From the NCBI RefSeq assembly GCF_009914755.1, contig NC_060925.1: a stretch of 64,000 nucleotides of DNA. One strand, written 5' to 3'. The notes under the pieces were generated by a model. The model was not told the origin of the DNA and made no database searches. It saw only the letters and a list, made by a program, of their open reading frames with translations. The stretch comes from the human T2T-CHM13v2.0 reference genome, Homo sapiens. The position numbers and the translations under genes are program-made. This document shows positions 29,543 to 41,671 of the stretch, in pieces (position 1 is the first letter of the stretch; every line of letters begins with the position of its first letter).

Positions 29543-30172
29543 TGTTACCAGGAAGGGGTCCCAATCCAGACTGCGAGAGGGTTCTTGGATCTCATGCAAG
29601 GAAGAAGTTGGAGTGAGTCCATAGAGTAAAGTGAAAGCAAGTTTATTTAAGAAAGTAAAGAAATAAAGAATGACTACTCCATAGGCAGACCAGCCCCGAG
29701 GGTTACTGGTTGGCTATTTTTGTGGTTATTTCTTGATTATATGCTAAACAAGGGGTGGATTATTATTCCTTTCCAGGAAAGGGGGGGGGCAATTCCAGGA
29801 ACTGACAGTTCCTCCTCTTTTTAGACCATATAGTGTAATTTCCTGACGTTGCCATGGCACTTGTAAACTGTCATGGTGCTGGTGGGAGTGTCTTTTAACA
29901 TGCTAATGGATTATAATTAGCATATAATGAGCAGTGAGGACGATCAAAGGTCACTTTCATCACCATCTTGGTTTTAGTGGCTTTTGGCCAGCTTCTTTAC
30001 CATATCCTTTTATCAGCAAGGTCCTTGTGACCTGTTCCTTGTGCTGACCTCCTATCTCATCCTGTGACTAAGAATGCCTTAACCTCCTGGGAATGCAGCC
30101 CAGTAGGTCTCAGCCTTATTTCACCCAGCCCCTATTCAAGATGGAGTTGCTCTGGTTCAAACGCCTCTGACA
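29543..30172 (-). mobile_element. MER41B solo LTR with tandem GAS motifs
   Basis: Minus strand starts TGTCAGAGGCGTTTGAACCAGAGCAACTCCATCTTGAATAGGGG; 630 bp; perfect TSD TATC; TTCCAGGAA at 29771-29779 and 29793-29801. Confidence 0.88.
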
Positions 30173-30205
30173 TATCCACCTTCCTCTTTTTTCAAGGACT
30201 CCAAT

Positions 30206-30907
30206 TGTAACGCTAAAGATTTTTGCCTTAGCCAGACCAAAGAATTGGTGTGGCGGCTGCCCGTGGCGATGGAAACACGGACCAAGAGAAAAAAGGCTGT
30301 AGGCTTTATTGAGCAGAGTGACAGTACAAAGCTTTTCAGCGTGGAAGGGGTTTCGAGCGGGTAGTCAGAGGTCGATGATGCAGTTGCTTTTGAAACTCTT
30401 TAAGGCGGGAAATACGTGTAGAGGGAAGATGTTACCAGAGCGAGAAACAAAGGCAGTAAATTATTTTGTGACATGTTTTAGATTTTGAGGAAAACCAGAA
30501 TTGTAACTTAGGTTTTATTTATTTTATGACCTTGCAGCAGCATGGCAAAGGAAACAATCTTACAGGACTTTATAAAGTATGTTTACAAGGAATTGGAATT
30601 GGGAGTATAGATAAAGTTCGCTGGTCATAGAAAAACAGGCATTTAATATTCCTTTTAGTTTTAGGGGAGGGGGAAGGGAGAGAGGGAGAGAGGACACAGG
30701 GAAGCTTACAGCAAAATTTTTGCTGTTTATAGCTTTTTTTGGGAAGAAAACACATGCACAAATCCTGGTGTTAGGAATATTTTAAGCATATATCTTTAAT
30801 ATTATTCATTCAGGACCGAAGTAAGTTCTGATGCAGAAAATGAGTGAGTTTTACAGCTTTCTGAGCCCCTGTTTGACTCAGGAAGCCCAGCTGGCCCCCT
30901 CCTTTCA
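30206..30907 (-). mobile_element. LTR30-like (HERV30/ERV9 group) solo LTR
   Basis: Minus strand starts TGAAAGGAGGGGGCCAGCTGGGCTTCCTG...ATATATGCTTAAAATATTCCTAACACCAGG; TG/CA termini; inserted in L1. Confidence 0.75.
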
Positions 30908-31294
30908 AAATTACACATATATTAGGCCACTTGAAGTTGTCCCACACCTCACTGATGCTCTTTTCATTTTTTTTTAACCCTCTGTTTCATTTTGGATTGT
31001 TTCTATTGCTCTGTCTTTGCATTCATTAATCTTGTTTTCTGTGGTCTAATGTGCTCTCAATCCCATCCAGCATACTGGTATTCATCTCTAGAAGTTGGAT
31101 TTTAGTGTTTTTCTATTTTCCATGTCTTAATTGAGGTAAGACCCTTCTGGGTTCTCTATCACATGCCTTGTGAATTGTGCTCTCCTTTTTTGGGAACTGG
31201 CACTATTTCCAGCCCTGTGTGACTGTTGGGTACTGTTCTAGCTAATGCTTTCAAGTGGTTCTTTCCTGGGGTAGTTTTTTCACACACGTGCACC

Positions 31295-31756
31295 TGTGAA
31301 ATTAAAAAAAAAAAGAAGAAACTTTTTATCTGAGGAATGTGAGCCCCTTTAAATTATCAGGCTCAGAGAGGCATTGGAATGAAACTGCAGTCACATCACT
31401 CCCCCTTGAGTGATTATCTTGTAAAGCCACTTGCTATACGGGCTCCAGACTAACTGATGCCAAGCAGCCATAAAATAACATATGCTGGACACCACGACTC
31501 ATATCCTATAGTTCAACAGTGTATAACCAATAACTAATCCATGTCATCTCTGTAAGCCAATGAAAATTTCTATCAAAGAACTTTGTATCCATCCACTTCT
31601 TCTTACCTTTGCCTTTAAAAACCTGCTTGTAACAAAAGCTGATTGAGCACTCCCTGAGTTAACTTGGAAGTGTGTCCTGGGCAGCTGTGCTCACTTTGGC
31701 TCAAGTAAACTCTTTAAATTATATCTTGTGCTTCAGCCCCTTCCTTCTAGATCAGC
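31295..31756 (+). mobile_element. ERV1 (MER4-group) solo LTR
   Basis: TG...ACTTTTTATCTGAGGAATGTGAGCCCCTTTAAATTATCAGG...AGTAAACTCTTTAAATT...CA; subfamily uncertain. Confidence 0.65.
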
Positions 31757-33511
31757 ACACTGATTACTACTCTGCTGAATACTTGGTGGGGACCCTCAGC
31801 AGATCTCTGGAATTCTCTCTGTGTGCAGCTTTTTCATTTCCATTTCTTGGATCCATGAGCTCTAGCCACCTTGGTCTCTCCAGACTCAGCTCTGTCTCCT
31901 CAATTCTGGGACTCCACTGGGACCTGCCTGAGTTCCCCTGTACCACAGCCTGGAGACCCTCTCAATGCAGTAGATGAGGCAATTGCAGGGCTCATCTTTT
32001 TTCTTCCCTATCTCTCAGGGGTGACTGTCTTTTGTTGCCTGATGTCCACAGTTTCAAAAAAACATTGTTTCATGTATTTTGTTCTTTTGTTTAATTTTGT
32101 TTAGTTTAATTTTGTTTCAGGTGAGAGGATAAATCCAGTCTCTGCTACTCCATCTGGGCTGGAAATCTGGTATATCATTAATAATATTCTTGTTGTTAAT
32201 TTGGGTTGTGGGTTTATAAATGTTCATTTTCTTATTTTGCATCATTAACCATATACACATATATATTACACATTTTTTCATTTGCGTAAAATATTAGTCA
32301 ACTTTTTTAAGTTCTAAAAGAAAGTGAAGAGCCCTGGGGCGGAACAAGGGCAAAGAAGTAGGAAGAGTCTGTGGCCAACCTCTTAACTCACGTACCTTTC
32401 TGACCCCTCTACCTCTTCTACCTAGAGCCCTCCATCTCAGCCAGCTCCCCCTGTCCTTGTCACCATGACTCTGAAGGTGCCTTTCTGACACACCAAGATG
32501 GTCAAGGAAAAATGGTGCTGGGTTAGGTGACAGGGAAGATCATGAGCTTTCATACTTTATGATCTGACAAGCCACTGTAGCCTCTCACATTTATATACTA
32601 AGTGAGGGTCTTTCAGAATAGCGCTTCAGTGTCTGCACCTGACTCACACTATTAGGCAGTTAAAAGCTGGGGAATGAGCTCATGTGAAGAGTTTTTCCAT
32701 TTCAGATCATAGCTATTTTTAGGAACACAAGCTACATAAATGTTTTAACCCTTTTCCCATCCTTTTCCTCTTGCTGCTGTGATACAGGAAGGAAATCAAA
32801 ATGGAGTGACCTTGCTATCTGGGGAAAGATGAAAACTGCATATGCAAAAGCAAACAGACTGAGATTTATAACGAGTTGATCCCTTAAAAGCTTAGGAAAG
32901 AATCTCAAGGGCACATAGGAAAATAAGCAAAGGGCTTGATAGACATAATCATGACAACACAAGAAGGTGAAGTCGGGAAGAGGAAATGGACAAGGTCATC
33001 CCAAATTGAAATAACTTATAAAAGATAAATTATAATATCTCCAGAAATTAACTGTAAACATTCCTATAAAATCATAGATGATAATTTTTTAAAATAAAAG
33101 ATTGAGTAGTAAGAATAACTAAGAATAAAAAATTAATGAGTTCCTAGTGGAAACTTAAAATTGAACCACTGGGGGACTTTCTATAATGAATGGCAGTTGA
33201 AGAAAAAAATCGGGTAAACTTTATATGAATATTTGAGAAACACCTCAAGCATTAGCAACTACATAAAAGTTATACATTTCACCTGTCCAAGAGCTGTTAC
33301 AACAGTATACAAAACATATTAAGCAAAATTGTACTATAGACAATTACTTATATGCAATTCTTTACTTAAAATTTAGCAGATACATTTGAATAGTTTCTAA
33401 AACACATGATCATCAAAGAAGGAATTGAGTAGGAAATAAAGCATTACTGTTTTTTACTCATAAAGAGATGAAAATAAAATAAATTATTGGTCAATTCTTT
33501 ATGAGATTTAA

Positions 33512-33835
<324 letters not shown>

Positions 33836-34005
33836 TAAAAAAAACATATCAAATAATTGTTCATAAATCATTTTCTATAGTAGAGAGCAATTTTTCTTAA
33901 AATTGGCAAATAAGATTTTGCATCTACCTTTGAGAAAATTGTATTTGTAAAGTGATTTTAAAAGAATGAAGCCTATGAGTATGATGGCATTATAAAAGTA
34001 TCAGT

Positions 34006-34347
<342 letters not shown>

Positions 34348-34376
34348 CTAATTGTTCTTCTGAGCATCATGATTTT

Positions 34377-34630
34377 TTTCCATGAATTTTTATTTTAAGT
34401 TCCAGGGTACATGTGCGGGATGTGCAGTTTGATTACATAGGTAAACGTGTGCCATAGTGATTTGCTGCACAGATCAACCCATCACCTAGGTATTAAGCAA
34501 AGCATTTATTAGCTCTTCTACCTGACATTCTCCCTCCCCCAACCCCACCCGACTGGCCACAGTATGTGTTGTTCCCCCACCATGTGTCCGTGTCTTCTCA
34601 TCGTTCAGCTCCCACTTATAAGTGAGAACA
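34377..34630 (-). mobile_element. 5'-truncated L1PA 3' end
   Basis: L1PA 3'-UTR sequence; 15-bp TSD GAGCATCATGATTTT (34362-34376 / 34631-34645). Confidence 0.88.
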
Positions 34631-34959
34631 GAGCATCATGATTTTCATTGTCCATCAAATGCTAGAAGACTACTCTGCTTTTGTTACTATGTTTGCCCCA
34701 TTTTTCTAGCTCTTCTTACATGAATTTAAACCTATATCAATGGCTATTTCCTCAACATTTGGAAACAACAATACTTATTAGAAAGAAAGTATTTTATCCT
34801 TCCAGGCTATAGATCTTACATTCCTCTTACACAACAATCCTAATTCCCTCATGTTATCCTGATCAATGAAATGATTTCACTTATTTTTCAAAGAAGTAGC
34901 TATTTTACTACAAAGCAGGAATCGCAAGGCATGGGGTGGGCACTGTTATACTCCATCAG

Positions 34960-35170
34960 TGAGTATGTAAAGGAAATCAAACTGTCTGATTTTGAATCCT
35001 GCTTCTATTTTTTACAACCTTGGACAAATTACTGATTTCCTCTTTCACTAGGTTTATCATTTGTAAAATGGAGATACTAGTGTCTACTCATGGATTATTG
35101 TGAGGCTTAAATAAGAAAACATGTATCAAGCATATTTGTCTGGCATGTAATAAGCACTCTAAAATTTATG
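34960..35170. mobile_element. MIR
   Basis: Core motif TCATTTGTAAAATGGAGAT...TTGTGAGGCTTAAAT. Confidence 0.7.
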
Positions 35171-36653
35171 CAGCGATGAGGATAATGATCCTAGACAATC
35201 TGATAGCATCTTATCCAAAGGAAAAAATGCGCATTTCCTTTGAGTAAGCACTACTGATTCTAGGAATGTGTCCTAAGGAAAAAATAAGTCAAATGTTTAA
35301 AGGTAGTCACAAGACTATTTTGGTAGTAAGCAGTCTTTTTTACTGGTCACACAGTAAAAAATTAGAAATAACCTACATGTTCATGAAGAGAAGTTGGTGA
35401 AATAAATTATGGTACATGCATACAGTAGAAAACTTTGGAGACAAAATAGTAAAATAGTTACAGATATAGGCTTTGAATATAAATTTTAACAAGCTGAGGC
35501 TTCTCTCGTCTCTTCAGAACACCCTGAGTTCTTCCCGGCCTTTCTTCCTTGCTTTTCATTTGTGTCAGTCAGCTCTTGCTTGTACAGCAATCTTCAAATC
35601 TCAGTAGCATATAAAGGTAAGCATTTAGTTCTCACTTACAAGTTTGCAGGGCAGGTGAGGCAGCTCTGCCTCAAGCCACAATGTCTAGGACAGCTCTGTT
35701 TCGCACGGTGGCTGACTAGCTAAAAAATGTTCTTGTCTCAGCAATCACAGGAGAACAAGAGGGTGAGAGATAATGTGTGAAGCTTCCTAAGTGCTAAGTT
35801 TGAAATTAGCACCATGTCATTTCCATTCACATTTCGCTGGCCAATGAAAGTCTCATGATGAGCCACAGTCAAGAGTCAGAGACGTACCCTCATGAGGCTG
35901 TGGAGAGAGTGTAGATTCAGGGAGCGGTGAGAAACTGGGGCCAGTACACCAATCTACAGCATGATTTGTCATCATTTTTCATTCTCTGCTAGTAAGATTG
36001 CCAAAGTCTCTCTGCACTCATTGAATTCATCCTAGTTTCCATTTAGCTCTCTTTCTCTCTTACCACAATACCTAAAAATCTTTTTATGGGGTTACAACTC
36101 TGTCTCAGGAGCCACCTCAGTTTGGTGGCACAGAGCTCCCCACTTGTACTCTGAAACTCTTTTCTTGAAGATATTGCTATCCATGTGCATGAGTTATTTT
36201 TCTTCTCCATAGCATCCACATTAAACAATTAATTACCTTGGATTTAGCCAAAATAAACACTCCAAATTCATGATGTCTTTCAGGAAGAGAGTTTGTTTTC
36301 TTTTTTAACCAAAATGGGAGATTGATCCTGTCTGTGTCCCCTAGAGGAGCAGAGGCTGGTTTGTATTAGGGCAGCTCTTGTAGATGAGTAACTTTTCCCA
36401 TGGCCTCATAGAGGCTGATATAGATACTTCTGGATTCAAATGATTGTTTGGAGGCATTAGCCAGGCATTGAACCAATTATAAAGAGTGAGGTTTTGCCAT
36501 ATTCTAACCGTAAGAAACAGAAACGGTAGAGGGTAAAAATAGAATAGAATGTCAACACAACTTTAGCCTTTTCCCTGGATTCTGAGAGTTCATAACCTGA
36601 AAATCAGAGATTCAAACTGGGAGAGATGGGCTAACAGGTATGAGCATGGGAAA

Positions 36654-36692
36654 AGCATGTTTCAAGGATTTGAGATGTATTTCCCAGAAAAG
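36654..36692 (+). promoter_or_regulatory. IFN-gamma response region (GRR) with STAT1 GAS TTCCCAGAA (36681-36689)
   Basis: 39-bp AGCATGTTTCAAGGATTTGAGATGTATTTCCCAGAAAAG matches the classical FCGR1 GRR. Confidence 0.9.
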
Positions 36693-36717
36693 GAACATGA
36701 TGAAAATGGTCAGAAAA

Positions 36718-36738
36718 GGCAATTTCCTTCCTCTTTTC
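36718..36738 (-). promoter_or_regulatory. Myeloid PU.1 box (GAGGAA on - strand, 36728-36733)
   Basis: GGCAATTTCCTTCCTCTTTT lies between the GRR and the ATG, the known position of the FCGR1 PU.1 element. Confidence 0.75.
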
Positions 36739-36823
36739 TAATTTGGCTCTGGAGCCACCAGCAGAACCTCTTCAATATCTTGCATGTTACAGATTTCACT
36801 GCTCCCACCAGCTTGGAGACAAC

Positions 36824-36854
36824 ATGTGGTTCTTGACAACTCTGCTCCTTTGGG
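36824..36854 (+). CDS. FCGR1CP: FCGR1 exon 1 (signal peptide S1), coding part
   Basis: ATG TGG TTC TTG ACA ACT CTG CTC CTT TGG G|gtaagt = MWFLTTLLLW. Confidence 0.96.
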
Positions 36855-37249
36855 GTAAGTTGGACTCAGAGGGGACAGTTAGAAGGGTACAGGCTGTGGC
36901 TGTTGTGAGTCAAGAGTTTTGTCTTCCTGTGGTAACTCTGGGTAGAACTCATGAGTATGAAGCAACTTGTATCTGTGCTTCCACGGTTTATTAGAGCTTA
37001 TTTTATGAAAAGGATGGGAAGGGCAACCCTGAGGTAGCATTAAGCCTGGACGCACCGCAGTGAAGTTTCCTTGATAACCACCTGTAGCTTGTTCAGTTCT
37101 GTTAGTACTGGATTTTGAGAAAGAGAAATAGAAACTCAAGAGATCTGAGTTGATCCCTCAGAGTCTACATTAATTCTGTCTCCCCAATTCTCTCTTCCTC
37201 ATTATTTTCCTTGGACCAACTGATATCTTTATTCTCTGATCTCTTGCAG

Positions 37250-37270
37250 TTCCAGTTGATGGGCAAGTGG
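37250..37270 (+). CDS. FCGR1CP: FCGR1 exon 2 (21-nt S2 mini-exon)
   Basis: ttgcag|TTCCAGTTGATGGGCAAGTGG|gtgagt = (V)PVDGQV; a 21-nt S2 exon is typical of Fc receptors. Confidence 0.95.
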
Positions 37271-37312
37271 GTGAGTGATCTCTAACTCAGCTTCTCCTTC
37301 TATGCCACTTTC

Positions 37313-37340
37313 CTACTTCCAAAGGATGGGTCCTATTAAC
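37313..37340 (-). other. Antisense exon homologous to the alternative last exon of the spliced H2B type 2-F (H2BC18/HIST2H2BF) isoform; encodes (K)LIGPILWK*
   Basis: The minus strand has a long pyrimidine tract, then ctgcag|G TTA ATA GGA CCC ATC CTT TGG AAG TAG. The peptide matches the recalled C-terminal extension of the H2BC18 isoform. Confidence 0.7.
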
Positions 37341-38082
37341 CTGCAGAAGAGCATATAGGGAAAGCAGAGAAAGAAGAAAGATTTATAAATTATGTAAAAT
37401 CTCCCATATTCAGAGCATGATTTTCATAAAAACTATGATTTGTAAGCTTTCTTTCTAAAGTTTTCTGAATGAGCTCTTTCCTCTGAGCGAAATGCCTGAA
37501 TGTATATATAACAGCAGGAAAGGGCCAGAATTGCACAAACACTAAAGTAGTCTGCTGACACTGAAGTAGTCTGCTGGGTTTCCCAACATCCCCTAAACCA
37601 GTCCCCTTTACAAGAAAGCAGAGTGGGTTTTTTCTCCTCAGAAAGAGCCAGGCAAATACTGAAGGCTTCAAAGAGAGGAGTTTGAACCTCCGTTTCCAAT
37701 GTACAAGCTGCTGAAGCCCTGCAATGTACTCTCAGAGACAGTATAGCTCAGAGGATAAGGAAAACAGCTCCGCTTGGCTTGCCCAAGTCTAAAACCCTGC
37801 TTCATTGCTCCCAACAGAAAAACCTACATCAGTAATTTAATCCTCAGGAGCCCCAGATTCCCAACACCCAGATGAGGATTTAATAACAATGAACAGAGGT
37901 CTCTGCAGCAGGAGGACACTCTTAAAGGCTGGCTTTTGTAGGTTTCCACTTGCCTATTTTTCAAATAAATCTAAATATGTATTTTTCCCTTGTGCTATCC
38001 ACAAAAGCCTCACCAGTTGCTCAGAGCCCTCCCCTTTACTCCACTTGATCTTTTTCTTTTTCTTCTTGTAATCTCCAAGTAG

Positions 38083-38337
38083 ACACCACAAAGGCAGTGA
38101 TCACTTTGCAGCCTCCATGGGTCAGCGTGTTCCAAGAGGAAACCGTAACCTTGCACTGTGAGGTGCTCCATCTGCCTGGGAGCAGCTCCACACAGTGGTT
38201 TCTCAATGGCACAGCCACTCAGACCTCGACCCCCAGCTACAGAATCACCTCTGCCAGTGTCAATGACAGTGGTGAATACAGGTGCCAGAGAGGTCTCTCA
38301 GGGCGAAGTGACCCCATACAGCTGGAAATCCACAGAG
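38083..38337 (+). CDS. FCGR1CP: FCGR1 exon 3 (Ig domain EC1)
   Basis: tag|AC ACC ACA AAG...CAC AGA G|gtaatt; [13 protein letters not shown]...CEV...W...YRC...IQLEIHR; 255 nt, open frame. Confidence 0.96.
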
Positions 38338-38724
38338 GTAATTATGACTTGGACCAGGAGGGCCGGAAACTACAAGGTCTTCCTCTGCGTTCTCTCCTTT
38401 CTGGATGCCAGATGTGTGTGTGTCGATTTATCTGGGTGCAGGTCTCAGCACTACGTACCTACCAGGTGACACTAAATCAGTATACTCAAAACATCACAGC
38501 AGGGTCCTTAAACTGTGTACCAACAGTACCTCAGCTGGGCCAGCTCTAAGTAGGATGTCTAGAGTAAGACTTCGGCCCTAAGATTGTATCATTATTCCAA
38601 ATGTATGCCTGTACATAGTAAATAATAATAATTCAAACAAATGAGCAATAATGAACAATGAAATATCTTCCTCCCACCCAAAACCCTAGATCTGCAGTCA
38701 CCTTCCACAGAAACAAAACTGCTA

Positions 38725-38780
38725 ATATATATATATACATATTATGCATATATATGTATATATTAGCATTATTATATATA

Positions 38781-38821
<41 letters not shown>

Positions 38822-38825
38822 TATA
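38725..38825. repeat. (TA)n microsatellite in FCGR1 intron 3
   Basis: Long TA runs. Confidence 0.9.
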
Positions 38826-39497
38826 GTTTTAAAGCTGTGGGTGGTAGAACACTTTCTAAGTATTGTCCTATATCTTACTTTTATCACTTAAAATACCTTG
38901 AAGTTCTGTTTATATTAATAGAAATCCACTTTAAAATGTCTGCTGCACAGCTGTACCAGAATTAATTTAACCATTCTGCCTATTAGCAAATTTATAAGAT
39001 GTTTCCACTCTTTTGATTTTACAAGCATTGCTGCAATAATTATCTTTATACATACATTCCGGGGGCACATTTCATAGGGTATCTGTAAGATAATATTCTG
39101 GACATGGAATTATTGTCATATTTTAATAAATGGAAGCAGAAAAGCCCACCACCCACTTAAACCTGTAAGGAGTTTCTATTCATCAAGAGATGGAGACTGC
39201 AATATTCTTCAGGGAAAAATGCTTCATTCAATATGCAAGACAAAATAACCAAATGTATTATTTAGTTATTCAGAAGTGATGAGTTTAAACTTCTTTAAAA
39301 ATGATAATGCAAAAGTTAATCCACACTGGAGGCAAAATTGCCTTTATGCAGACATGGTTGCTGTTAGAGGAAATGTGTTTTAGCCAAGGAAATGTTGAGA
39401 ATGTCTGAGGGAAGGCTTGATGTTCCTCATGTGTCCCTTAGGTCTCTGTAAATAAGTTCTTAGGATGGAGAGGTTAGGGAAGCTGACAGAGCTGTTT

Positions 39498-39500
<3 letters not shown>

Positions 39501-39532
<32 letters not shown>

Positions 39533-39600
39533 AGACAGAGTCTCACTCCGTTGCCCAGGCTGGAATGCAGTGGTGCGATCTTGGCTCACTGCAACCTCTG
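39501..39600 (-). mobile_element. Severely 5'-truncated Alu with a long pure T tail
   Basis: Alu 3' end; 16-bp TSD CTGACAGAGCTGTTTC (39483-39498 / 39598-39613). Confidence 0.85.
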
Positions 39601-41671
39601 ACAGAGCTGTTTCAACAAGACACTTTGGGTAATTCAAGCAGAAGTGTTTCATGGTTCAAGTGACAACAAAAGGACTAGGGCTGGGAAGAGCCCATTTTCT
39701 TTACCTCTACACAGACTCTAGGACACTCAGCATCAGTGACTTACTGAGAATCATATCTTTTTTACATTACATTTTAATGTGAATTTTCATTGAAATATAA
39801 CTTATGTACAACAAGCCATAAATGTACGCCACAGTAAATTTTTTCAAAGTAAACAGCATCCAGATCTATTTTAGACATTTCCAGCACCTCAGAAACTCCT
39901 TCTTGCCCATTTCTAGTCCACCCCTGACACTGACTTCCAGCACCATAGGTTTTTTGCCTATTTTTGAACTTCATATAAAGGGCTACGGTATGGGACAGGA
40001 TGTACTCTTTTGTGTCTGGTTTATTTTTCTCAACATTATGATTGTGAACAGTATACATGTTGTAAATTGAAGTTCATTTGTTCTTATTACTGTATATTTC
40101 ATATTTTCCCATTCTGCTGAGGGGCTCGGGTTGCTTCTGGTTTTGACCACTTACAAATAGTAATGCTGTGGATATTTTTGTTTACATGTTTCAAATATTT
40201 TCTACCATTACTAATGTTCGACAGTATCTGATGGAGGTATGTTACAATTTCCCACTCTTTTGGATATACAAATGCAAATTAAGCATTTCCCTAATGACTA
40301 TGATATTGACCATTTTTCACGTTTATTACCTATTTGGGTATCCTTTTTTGTAAGCTCTTTTTGATAATTTTTCTATTGTCTGTCTTTTTCTTACTGACTT
40401 ATAGGAGTTATTTATATATTCTGGATATAAGTCCTTTTTCAAGTGTCTTAAATATCTTCTCCCACTCTGTGGCTTTTCTTTTCACTATAATATTAAAGTT
40501 TTGTTTGTTTTCAATGAACAAGACTTGTTAATTTTACTACAGTACAATACACCAACATTTTTGGTTGGTGCTGTCTATGCCCTATTTTAAAATGTTTCGC
40601 CACAGTCAGCCATGGGGAATTCAATTGCAGCTCACTGACTCTTAGTCATTTCAATTTAATCAGTATATGCTAAGACCAAGAAAATGCAGCTGGTTGGTGG
40701 ACCCGAGCCCTAATCATATGGCTGACACCAAAGTCATGAAGGTAGGGGAATGATTGTTGAGTAGGAAATTAGTAATGTCTGCTAAAAGCTGCATCTCGTG
40801 AGTTTTGATATATAATACTACCATTACCATTTAAGTTTAAAACTCATAAATTTCTGTTATACATTATTTTATTCATGAATTACTTAGATGTTTTTTGGAG
40901 GGTAGTTTTTTGTTATTGATTTCTAATGTTATAGCACTTTGGTTAGAATTTGTGTTAAACATGGTATCAGTTCATTAGTATTTGTTGAAAATTGCTTTGT
41001 GGCCTAGTTCACACTTAATTTTTCTAATATTGCATGTGTGTTTGAAAAGCATATGAATTTTCTTTCTAAAGTAGAGCATCCACAAAATCAAGCCTATTAA
41101 TTGTGTCATTCAGATATTTTCTACCATTACTAGTGTTTGACAGTTTCTGATGGAGATGTGACAGCATTTCCCACTCTTTTGGATATATAAAGCAAAGATG
41201 GCAGTGTTTGGACAGTGCAGTCTTTCAGCATCTGCTGGCTGTGGGTGGGAATAAGGGAGGGAAGAGAATTAATTCTATTTGGAAGCATTATATCAGTATC
41301 CATGACTGTAAAATTCATGCTATGTATAGCATAGAAACACCTGCCTTCCATTCTTAGATAAGTTCTGGAGGGGAAAAAGGCACTATTGTCTCTTTTCCGC
41401 CTTAGTCTCCTAAGAACCCCATTTTTACTTAGCCAAACCAACTGCCTCTGGAGAAAAGAAAAGTAGTTGAAGCATTTTTGGTTATGTGTAGAGGTGTTTG
41501 TCGAAAGGAAAAACCCATTGACTTGGAGCTTGTTTTGCTAGTGATATCATTGATCTTACATATGTGAGTATTCATATCAATGTAGTAGGATGTTTATATC
41601 TGGATGTTTGCCCTTCTGTGTGTTTGTCTCAGGATGCGTGGTCCTATTAACAAATTTGTCAAGAGTTGGAG

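Noticed and set aside
38338-38549. Extension of the 150-aa EC1 ORF (and the upstream part of the 149-aa EC2 ORF)
   Set aside because: Read-through into introns beyond canonical splice sites.
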